Assembly: GCA_963797005.1 (NCBI GenBank)
Contig: CAWCOF010000012.1
Coordinates: 1,863 to 65,862, forward strand
DNA from: an uncultured Alphaproteobacteria bacterium
GTDB lineage: Bacteria; Pseudomonadota; Alphaproteobacteria; Rhizobiales; Hyphomicrobiaceae
Direction: 5' to 3'
Length of the DNA stretch: 64,000 bases
Shown: positions 50,114 through 57,997 of the stretch, piece after piece
Layout of the letters: every line of letters begins with the position of its first letter
Position numbering within the stretch: position 1 is the first letter of the stretch
Notes under the pieces: model-generated
The model's input: the letters and a program-made list of their open reading frames with translations, nothing else
What the model was told of the DNA's origin: nothing
Databases searched by the model: none
Made by a program: the position numbers and the translations under genes

Positions 50114-51505
50114 CTATTCCGGTGGGCGCGGCGCTGCGGCCACGCCTTCTTTTTCGAGCGCGCGGGCGATGCGCAGGGCCGTATCCTCGCGCCAGGGCGC
50201 CGTGATGATCTGGACACCGATCGGCAGCGGTTGCAAGGGGACCGGCACGGCCACCACGGGCAGGCCGATGAACGAGATGGGCTGCGTGAAGATGCCGATG
50301 TTGGGCCTGAGCGGCACCTCCGCGCCCTCGAGCTGCATGGTCTGCTGGCCGATGCGCGGGGCTGGGAACGGCGTCGCCGGCGCCAGGATGGCGTCGATCC
50401 CGTGGAAGAGTTCCAGGACCCGCTCACGATACCAGCGCCGGAACTTCTGCGCCTTCACCACCAGGGAGGCCGGCACCATCGCGCCGGCGATCAGCCGGTC
50501 GCGCACGGCAGGATCGAAGTCGGGCGCCCGCGTGCGCAGGCGGTCGAGATGGAGCGCGGCACCCTCGCTGGTCGAGATGACGAAGGCGGCGGCGCGGGCG
50601 CGGGCGGCCTCCGGGATGACGACCTCGCGCGAAGCTCCAAGCGCCTTGGCGACGCGGGCCACCGCATCCAGCGCCGCAGGCGAGGCACCGCGCTTGAAAT
50701 AGTCGCCGGCCACGGCAATGCGCAGGCCGCCGATGCCGCCGTCGAGACCTGGCAGCGCGGGCTCTGCCGGGCGATCGGCGCACACCGGATCTTCGGGGTC
50801 GTGGCCCTGCATGGCGTCGTAGGCGAGCGCCAGGTCGCGCACGGAGCGCGCCAGCGGGCCCAGATGATCGAGGCTCGCCACGAACGGGAATGTGCGTGCG
50901 CGGGAGAGGCGGCCGTAGGTGGGCTTGAGCCCGAACAGGCCGCAAAAGGACGACGGCACGCGGATCGAGCCGTTGGTGTCGGAGCCGAGCGCGAGCGGCA
51001 CGAGCCCGCCCGCGACCGCGCCGCCCGACCCGCCCGACGATCCCCCCGTCATGTGGGCCGTGTCGTGCGGATTGCGCGAAGGGCCGTCGTGCACGTTCTC
51101 GCCGGTGAAATCGTAGGCGTACTCGCCCATGTTGAGCGCGCCGACCAGCACGGCGCCGGCCGCTTCGAGCCGCTCGATCAGGGGTGAATCGGCCTCGGCC
51201 GGCGATCGCTCGCGATTGATCTTGGAGCCGGCAAGCGTTGCGAGGCCGGCCACATCGAACAGGTTCTTGACGGCGAACGGCACGCCGGCGAGCGGGCCGG
51301 GCGCCTTGCCGGCGGCCACGGCCGCGTCGAGAGCCTTCGCTTTCGCCCGCGCCCGCTCGGCCGTGACGGCGGTGAACGCATTGAGGACCGGATTGCGCGC
51401 GGCAATGCGCGCCAGCGCCGCCTCGACCACTGCGGCGGCCTTGGTGCGGCCGGCCGCGACGGCTTCAGCAATGTCGGCAGCCGGCGCCCAGGCGTCCATG
51501 TGCAT
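50114..51505 (-). CDS. AtzE-family amidase (amidase-signature enzyme)
   Basis: Intact ORF with an ATG at 51505 that overlaps the AtzG-like stop. The motifs are PLAGVPFAVKNLFDVAGL...GGSSGGSGGAVAGGLVPLALGSDTNGSIRVPSSFCGLFGLKPTYGRLS. The gene is flanked by the small DUF4089-like gene and the DUF3225-like gene, the arrangement described for AtzG-AtzE-AtzH. Confidence 0.8.
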   Translation of the reverse strand: MHMDAWAPAADIAEAVAAGRTKAAAVVEAALARIAARNPVLNAFTAVTAERARAKAKALDAAVAAGKAPGPLAGVPFAVKNLFDVAGLATLAGSKINRERSPAEADSPLIERLEAAGAVLVGALNMGEYAYDFTGENVHDGPSRNPHDTAHMTGGSSGGSGGAVAGGLVPLALGSDTNGSIRVPSSFCGLFGLKPTYGRLSRARTFPFVASLDHLGPLARSVRDLALAYDAMQGHDPEDPVCADRPAEPALPGLDGGIGGLRIAVAGDYFKRGASPAALDAVARVAKALGASREVVIPEAARARAAAFVISTSEGAALHLDRLRTRAPDFDPAVRDRLIAGAMVPASLVVKAQKFRRWYRERVLELFHGIDAILAPATPFPAPRIGQQTMQLEGAEVPLRPNIGIFTQPISFIGLPVVAVPVPLQPLPIGVQIITAPWREDTALRIARALEKEGVAAAPRPPE

Positions 51506-51696
51506 CAAGCCTCGAACACCGGCGCGGGCTCCGCCTCGTCGGGAAGCTCGAACGCGTCGACCATTGCCGCCAGCCGCAGCGTCACCTCGAGATTACCCTT
51601 GATGGCGGGCTTCCAGGCCGGCTCGATCGGCAACGCCAGCGTCGTCGCGCTCGCGTCGATCAGCTTGTCGAGAATTTCCTCGTCACGGTCGCTCAT
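51505..51696 (-). CDS. AtzG-like / DUF4089 small protein (63 aa)
   Basis: The ATG at 51696 follows GGAGGTTGCC: MSDRDEEILDKLIDASATTLALPIEPAWKPAIKGNLEVTLRLAAMVDAFELPDEAEPAPVFEA*. Its size, its position directly upstream of the AtzE-like amidase and its sequence style fit the small partner subunit. Confidence 0.6.
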   Translation of the reverse strand: MSDRDEEILDKLIDASATTLALPIEPAWKPAIKGNLEVTLRLAAMVDAFELPDEAEPAPVFEA

Positions 51697-51721
51697 GGCA
51701 ACCTCCACTCGTCGCCACGGT

Positions 51722-51841
51722 TGTCATCCCGGCCGGAGCGCCCAGCGCGGAGAGCCGGGACCCAGGACCGCAATTTTCCAACTCTTTCCCCAGCAACTCT
51801 GGGTCCCGGATATTTCGCTGACGCGAAATTCCGGGATGACA
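51722..51841. repeat. Intergenic REP/MITE-like element with nested inverted repeats
   Basis: The outer inverted repeat is tgtcatcccgg (51722-51732) / ccgggatgaca (51831-51841). An inner perfect inverted repeat is ccgggaccca (51755-51764) / tgggtcccgg (51799-51808). A local hairpin ccggatatttcgc-tgac-gcgaaattccgg adds to these. The element fills most of the 160-nt gap between the ATPase stop (51857) and the AtzG-like start (51696). Confidence 0.65.
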
Positions 51842-51856
51842 GTACCACCGTATTCG

Positions 51857-53768
51857 TCATACCGGCGGATGCGGAATGGCCGCCAGCAGGTCGCGCGTAT
51901 AGTCGGCCTCGGGGGCGAACAGCACGCGCTCCGTCGGCCCCTCCTCCACGATCCGGCCCGCACGCATGACGATGACGCGGTCGCACAGCAGCCGCACCAC
52001 GTTGAGGTCGTGCGAGACGAACAGGTAGCTCATGCCGAGCTGCTCCTTGAGCTCCTGCAGGAGGTTGAGCACCACCGCCTGCACGGAAACATCGAGCGCC
52101 GCGGTCGGCTCGTCCAATATGACCAGGTCGGGGTTGAGCGAGATCGCCCGGGCAATGCCGACGCGCGCCTTCTGCCCGCCCGAGAGCTGATGGGGAAAGC
52201 GGTCGAGCAGCTCGACCGGCAGCCCCACCTGGCGCGCCAGCTCCTCGCAGCGCGCCCGCACGGCCCTGCGGCCCCTGACGTCTGCCCAGCCGCAGGATCG
52301 GGTCGGCGATGGCGCGCGCCGCCGTGAACCTCGGGTTGAGGCTGTCGGTGGGGTCCTGGAACACCATCTGGATGCGCTTGCGCAGGGGCAGCCGGGCGAA
52401 CCTCTTGGCGGGGATCGTGCCGATGTCCTGGCCGTCGAAGAGGATGCGCCCGTCGGTGGCATCGATCAGGCGCATGACGATGGTCGAGGTCGTGGACTTG
52501 CCGCAGCCCGACTCGCCGACGAGCCCCACGCTCTCGCCCTTGTGCACGGCAAAGCTGATGCCGTCGACGGCGCGGAAGGCCTGCGCCTCGGCCGGCGCGG
52601 CACCGCTGCTGCCGTTGCGCTTGAAGAGGCCGGAGAAGGAGAAAGAGCGGCCGGTGTCCTTGCGCGGGTATTCCTTGACGAGGCTTTCGACCACCAGCAG
52701 CGGCTCGCGATTGCCCGCGTCCGCCGGCGCTTGCGCGCCGTTCGCCTTGGGGCGCCTGATTCCCTCTCCCCACTCTTCAGTGGGGAGAGGGTTAGGGTGA
52801 GGGGCGGCGACAGGTGCCGACGTGGGAGTTTGCCGCTGCCCCTCACCCCGACCCTCTCCCCGCAGGCCCTCGGGTTGGTCGTGGGCAGGGCGGATATGAG
52901 GAGAGCCCGAGGGCAGGCGGGGAGAGGGAGGAGCGGCCTCCTCCTCGGGGAGCAGGTCGCGTAGGTGCACGCCGGGACGCGGCGTCGCGCGCATCAGCTT
53001 GCGGGTATAGGGGTGCGACGGCGCCGTGAAGATGGTCTTCGAGGCCGCCGTCTCCACGACGCGGCCCTTCTCCATCACCACCACGCGATCGCAGTAGGCG
53101 GCGGCGAGCCCCAGATCGTGGGTGATCAGGATGGTCGACATGCCCCGCTCGCGCGTGAGCTCGACGACGAGGTCCATCACCGCCTTCTGGGTCGTCACGT
53201 CGAGGCCGGTGGTCGGCTCGTCGGCGATCAGCAGTTGCGGGCGGCAGGCGAGCGCCAGCGCGATGACCACGCGCTGGCACATGCCGCCCGACAGCTCGAA
53301 CGGGTAGGCGTGATAGCGCTCGGCGGGCCGCGCGATGCGCACCTGCTCGAGCACCGCGACGGCCTTCTCGGTCACATCGTCGGAGCCGGCCTGGGCATGC
53401 TGGCGCAGCACGTCCTCGATCTGGTGGCCGACCTTGCGGATCGGGTTGAGGGCAGCGCGCGGGTTCTGGAAGATCATGGAGATCTCGCGCCCGCGCAGAT
53501 CGCGCATCTTGTCCTCTCCCGCAGCGCGCACGTCGAGGCCGGTGAACGTCACCGAGCCCTCGGCGATGCGGCCGGCGCGATCGAGGATGCGCATCACCGC
53601 GTAGGACGTGACCGACTTGCCCGAGCCCGACTCGCCGACGATGCCCAGCGTCTCGCCCTTGGCCACGGCGATGTCGACGTGTTGCACCGCGCGCACGGTG
53701 CCGCGCCGGGTGCTGAACTCCACGGTGAGGTCGCGCACCTCGAGGAGCGGGAGGGTGATGGCGCTCAT
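51857..53768 (-). pseudogene. Fused double-NBD peptide-type ABC ATPase (GsiA/DppDF-like), 1 frameshift as assembled, with long repeat-derived linker
   Basis: NBD1 (from ATG 53768) has GIVGESGSGKSV, LSGGMCQRVVIALAL and LLIADEPTTGLD, followed by SHPYTRKLM. NBD2 has GLVGESGCGKST, then after a shift at ~52290 LSGGQKARVGIARAI and LVILDEPTAALD, ending ...LLAAIPHPPV* at 51857. The ~110-aa linker contains the palindromic element at 52762-52928. Confidence 0.85.
52762..52928. repeat. Nested palindromic REP-like element embedded in frame in the ABC ATPase linker
   Basis: There are three hairpins. The first is ccctctccccact-cttc-agtggggagaggg (52762-52791). The second is gggtgaggggc...gcccctcaccc (~52795-52848). 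The third is ccctctccccgcaggccctcggg...cccgagggcaggcggggagaggg (~52852-52928). On the coding (-) strand it is translated as ...PSPRLPSGSPHIRPAHDQPEGLRGEGRGEGQRQTPTSAPVAAPHPNPLPTEEWGEGI... without a stop. Confidence 0.7.
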
Positions 53769-53775
53769 GCGGGCC

Positions 53776-54672
53776 TCAGGTGCGCCGCTGCGGGTCGACG
53801 ATGTCGCGCAGGCCGTCGCCCAGAAGATTAAAGCAGAAGACGGCGAGCATCAGCGCCGCGCCGGGGAAGAAGGCGATCCACCACTCGCCCGAGACGATGA
53901 AGCCGGCGCCCTCCGCCACCATGATGCCCCACTCGGGCGTCGGCGGGCGCACGCCCAGGCCGATGAACGACAGGCCGGCGGCGTTGAGGATGGCGTAGCC
54001 CATGGTCAGCGACATCTGCACCGCCATGATCGGCATGATGTTGGGGAGGATATGCCCCAGCAGGATGCGCGTCTCGCCGTTGCCGGAGAGCCGGGCCGCC
54101 TGCACGAAACCAGCCTCGCGGCGCACATTGGCTTCGGCGCGGGCAACGCGCGCATAGAGCGGGAAATTCACGATCGCGGTGGCGAGCACGATGTTCTGCA
54201 CCGTGTTGCCGAGCGCGGCGACGATCCCCATGGCCAGCACGAACAGCGGGAAGGCCATGATGGTGTCGGCGAGGCGCGAGACGATGCGGTCGGTCCAGCC
54301 GCCGAAGAAGCCCGCCGCGATGCCGGAGAGACCACCGAGCACGAACACCAGCGCCACCGAGAACACGGCAATCGCCATGTCGAGCCGCGTCGCCACCATG
54401 ACCCGGCTCAGGATATCGCGGCCCAGCTGATCGGTGCCGAACCAATGCGCGGCAGAAGGCGACTGCAAGGTCGCGCTCGTGTCGCTGGCAAGCGGATCGT
54501 AGGGTGCGATCAGGGGACCGAGCAGGGCGCACGCCACCAGCAGCAGGAACAGCGCGAAGGCGATGCCGGTGACCGGGTTCTCGCTGATGACGTGGCGGGC
54601 ATGGCCCAGGACCGAGGATTGCGCGCCCGCCGCGCCGGCAGTCGGCACCTCGGCGCGGGCGGACTGGCTCAT
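53776..54672 (-). CDS. ABC peptide-type transporter permease (DppC/GsiD-like)
   Basis: The ATG at 54672 overlaps the upstream stop (ATGA): MSQSARAEVPTAG...HWFGTDQLGRDILSRV...FVQAARLSGNGETRILLGHILPN...LLGDGLRDIVDPQRRT*. The frame is intact. Confidence 0.85.
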   Translation of the reverse strand: MSQSARAEVPTAGAAGAQSSVLGHARHVISENPVTGIAFALFLLLVACALLGPLIAPYDPLASDTSATLQSPSAAHWFGTDQLGRDILSRVMVATRLDMAIAVFSVALVFVLGGLSGIAAGFFGGWTDRIVSRLADTIMAFPLFVLAMGIVAALGNTVQNIVLATAIVNFPLYARVARAEANVRREAGFVQAARLSGNGETRILLGHILPNIMPIMAVQMSLTMGYAILNAAGLSFIGLGVRPPTPEWGIMVAEGAGFIVSGEWWIAFFPGAALMLAVFCFNLLGDGLRDIVDPQRRT

Positions 54673-55683
54673 GCCTCGATCCTCACGCGCGGGTCGATGA
54701 CGCCATAGAGCACGTCGATCGCCAGATTGAGCAGCACGTACATGATCGCCATCGTGAGCACGAAGCCCTGCACCGGCGCGAAATCCGACGCGATCAGGGC
54801 CTCGACCGCGAACGAGCCGATGCCCGGCCAGGCGAACACCTTCTCCACCAGCACGTTGGCGCCGAGCAGGAAGGAGAACACCATGCCGAGCGTGGTGACG
54901 ACGGGCAGCATGGCGTTGCGGAACGCATACGTGACGATGACTGTGAAGGGCGTGAGTCCGCTCGCGCGCGCCGTGCGCACGAACTCGGAGCCCAGCACGG
55001 TCAGCATGGAGGCCCGCGTGATGCGCGCAATCGGCGCCAACGAGAAGATTGCCAAGCGTCGCCGCCGGCAGGATCAGCTGGCTGAACGCGGCGCGAAACA
55101 CCTCGAGGTCACCGGCAACCAGGCTGTCGACCAGGTAGAAGCCGGTCACGTGCGGCGGGGCCGAGTAGAACACGTCGAGCCGCCCGAGCGGCGCCGGCGA
55201 CCACCCCAGCAGGAAGTAGAAGACGTAGACGAGCAAAAGCCCCGTGAAGAACACGGGAAGCGACACGCCCGCGGTGGCCACGACCCGGCAGGCGTGGTCG
55301 ATGAGAGAGCCCTGCTTGACCGCGGCGAGCACCCCCAGCGGCACGGCGATCAGGATGGACACCACGAGCCCCAGCAGGGTGAGCTCGGCGGAGGCGGGCA
55401 GGCGGCTTCTAATCTCGCTCAGCACCGGCTGCCCGGTGGTGAGCGAGTTGCCGAGGTCGGCGTGGGCGAGATCGTTGACGTAGCGCCAGAACTGCTCCGG
55501 CAGCGGCCGATCGAGGCCCAGCGACTTGCGGATCTCGGCGATCGATTGCGGCGTGGCCGCGGGCCCGGCGAAGTAGACCGCCGGATCGCCGGGCAGGACG
55601 CGCGTCAAGAGGAACGTGACGATGACGACCCCGACCAGGGTCGGCACCACCGTCGTCATCCGCCGCGCGATCTGCGCCAGCAT
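54669..55683 (-). pseudogene. ABC peptide-type transporter permease (DppB/GsiC-like), 1 frameshift as assembled
   Basis: The N-terminal part MLAQIARRMTTVVPTLVGVVIVTFLLTRVLPGDPAVYFAGP...FSQLILPAATL joins AIFSLAPIARITRASMLTVLGSEFVRTARASGL...VIDPRVRIEA* after a shift at ~55060. Confidence 0.85.
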
Positions 55684-55756
55684 GCATCAGGCTCCCCGTA
55701 GAGGCACGTGCGCCGCATCACGGCGCACGGCCAATTGGTTGGCGCAGGTGCTTACG

Positions 55757-57376
55757 TCACGCCTTGCCGAGCGAGCGATAGTCGAGCTGTCGGTGGAACC
55801 AGTAGGTATAGCCCGAGATGCTCTTCTGCAGCGCGACGTTGAGGTAGGGCTGGAACAGCGGGATGCGCGGCACCTCGTCGAAGGCCTGCTTGACGAAGGC
55901 CTTGACGTCCTTCTCGTAGGTTGCCCAGTCGCCCGCGCCGGCCGCGTTGCGCGCGCCGTCGATCATCGCCGTCATGTCGGCATTGACGTAGCTCATGGTG
56001 TTGAAGATGGCGTTCTGGCCGTGATAGCACCAGAAGAAGAAGTACTCCGGATAGTCCAGCCAGCCGGAGAAGAAGTTGACCATCATCGGCATGGTCTTCT
56101 TCGCCATCTCGCTGCGCCAGTTGGCGCCGGGCACCTTGTTGATGGTGGTCTTGATGCCGATCTGGCCAAGGCTTTCCTGGATCAGGATCGCGATCGGCTC
56201 GCTCACCACGCCCTGCCCGAGATCGAACGACAGCGTGGTCTCCAGCCCGTTGGCGAAGCCTGCTTCCGCCATTAGCTTCTTGGCCTTGGCGACGTCGGTG
56301 TCGTAGCCATGCGGCTGGGGCCAATCGAGCGAGGTGGCCTCGTTCGATTTGCCCCCGTACATGGGCTTGGCCAGCCCGAACATCGCGGCATCGACGATCT
56401 TCTGGTACGGCACGACGTAGGCGACCGCCTGGCGCAGCTTCTCGTTGTTGAAGGGCGGGTTCTTCACGTTCATGCCGAGGTAGTAGATGCCGTTGCCGAT
56501 CGGCGTCGACGCGACGTTGACCTTGCCCTCCTTCTTCAATTCGGCGAAGTCCTTTGGCGGCAGGTCGAAGGAAACGTCGGCATCGCCCCGCTCCATCAAG
56601 GCGCGGCGATTGCCGGCGGAGGGAATGGTGCGCCAGATGACGCGCTTGAGCTTCGGCAGCGGGCCGCCCTTCCAATCGTCGTTGCGCGCATAGACGACTT
56701 CGACGCCCGGCTTCCAGCTCACCACCTTGTAGGCGCCGCTGCCGGCGGTGTTGCTCTTGGTGTACTCGAGCCCCCAGGGATCCTTCTCGGTGACGTGCTT
56801 CTTGAGCAGACCGGAATTGTAGATGCCCGGCACGATCACCCCGAGATCGGGCATGGTGAGCCGGTCCTTGCGGATGAAATCGACGCGGAAGGTGTGGTCG
56901 TCGACGGCGATGAACTGCTCGTTCTTCTCGAGCGAGCCCGCCTTCATCTGCACGCGCGGGAAGCCGCCGACGCCGATGGCGCGCTCGAACGACCACTTGA
57001 CGTCCTTGGCAGTGACTGGCGTGCCGTCCTGGAACTTGGCGTCCTTGCGCAGCTTGAAAGTGGCCGAGGCGTCGGTCTTGTCCCAGCTCTCGGCGAGCTC
57101 GGGCACGAGCTTGTTCTTGTCGTAAGACATGCTGCCGTCCGGCAGCGTCGTCTTGGCGTAGGAGACCAGCCGGTCATAGCAGTTCCACGACACCTCGTAG
57201 CCGGGACGGTTGGTGCCAAGCCCGTGGATGTCGAGATTGTTGGGGCCGTTCTCGGTGATCAGGAGGAGCGTCTCCTTGCGCGATTGCGCCTTGGCGGGGG
57301 ACCACACCGCTGGGGCCGCCACCGCGCTTGCCGCGCCGGTGGCCGCGAGGGTCTTGAGGAAGTCGCGACGCTTCAT
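55757..57376 (-). CDS. ABC transporter substrate-binding protein, family 5, Tat-type signal
   Basis: This is ORF 55757..57454 trimmed to ATG 57376: MKRRDFLKTLAATGAASAVAAPAVWSPAKAQSRKETLLLITENGPNNLDIHG... The frame is intact. It is the first gene of the minus-strand operon that runs to the GntR gene. Confidence 0.85.
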   Translation of the reverse strand: MKRRDFLKTLAATGAASAVAAPAVWSPAKAQSRKETLLLITENGPNNLDIHGLGTNRPGYEVSWNCYDRLVSYAKTTLPDGSMSYDKNKLVPELAESWDKTDASATFKLRKDAKFQDGTPVTAKDVKWSFERAIGVGGFPRVQMKAGSLEKNEQFIAVDDHTFRVDFIRKDRLTMPDLGVIVPGIYNSGLLKKHVTEKDPWGLEYTKSNTAGSGAYKVVSWKPGVEVVYARNDDWKGGPLPKLKRVIWRTIPSAGNRRALMERGDADVSFDLPPKDFAELKKEGKVNVASTPIGNGIYYLGMNVKNPPFNNEKLRQAVAYVVPYQKIVDAAMFGLAKPMYGGKSNEATSLDWPQPHGYDTDVAKAKKLMAEAGFANGLETTLSFDLGQGVVSEPIAILIQESLGQIGIKTTINKVPGANWRSEMAKKTMPMMVNFFSGWLDYPEYFFFWCYHGQNAIFNTMSYVNADMTAMIDGARNAAGAGDWATYEKDVKAFVKQAFDEVPRIPLFQPYLNVALQKSISGYTYWFHRQLDYRSLGKA

Positions 57377-57997
57377 GGATGGCCTCTTGCGATGCTGCCT
57401 TGGTGACGATGACGCCTTGGTTAAGCGTCCGTTAACAGGCAAGGCGCATGCCAATCGCCGCCGGGACCGGCGCCGGTGTCATAAGGGATTACAAACACTT
57501 GGAATTATGGCCCTGCGCCGGTCCACCGGCGGCGTCGTGACCCCAGTCGCGCCACCCAGATTGCATACAAAATAGTATACTTGACCAGCATGTTTGCCCG
57601 CCAAGCAGGCGACACGCCCCTCAACGGCCGGGCAGGCGAAGCGGATCTTCCAACCGGACGGTAGGGAACCTGAACGCCTTCTTCTGTCCCCGGCGCCGAC
57701 TCACAGTGGCGGCATCCAGCCCGAGCACCACCGCACGAAGCCCATCCCTCTCGGCGGGCCAGCCGATGCCTTCCCGACAGTACGGCGCGGCTTGGCTCCG
57801 GCGCACCGCGGCTCCCTTGTCCGTTGTGAAACAACGGATATCGGCTTTTGCCGCCTTCGATTATTCCACACCGGTGCGGGTGCGCGTGAACGTCGCTTTA
57901 AGAGGCAGGGGATAGACCGTCCCGATCTCGTATCCGCCTGAGAACCTCGTCCCGGCAGATCGAGCGCGAATTCCTCTCGTCACGCGCGGCAGCGCGT

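Noticed and set aside
53776-55683. A 635-aa ORF suggesting a fused double permease.
   Set aside because: The central ~130 residues are nonsense (HHAGLHADRAGLRVRAHGARE...). The correct C-terminus of the first permease is in ORF 54669..55055. The second permease starts at ATG 54672 with an ATGA overlap. These are therefore two genes plus one frameshift.
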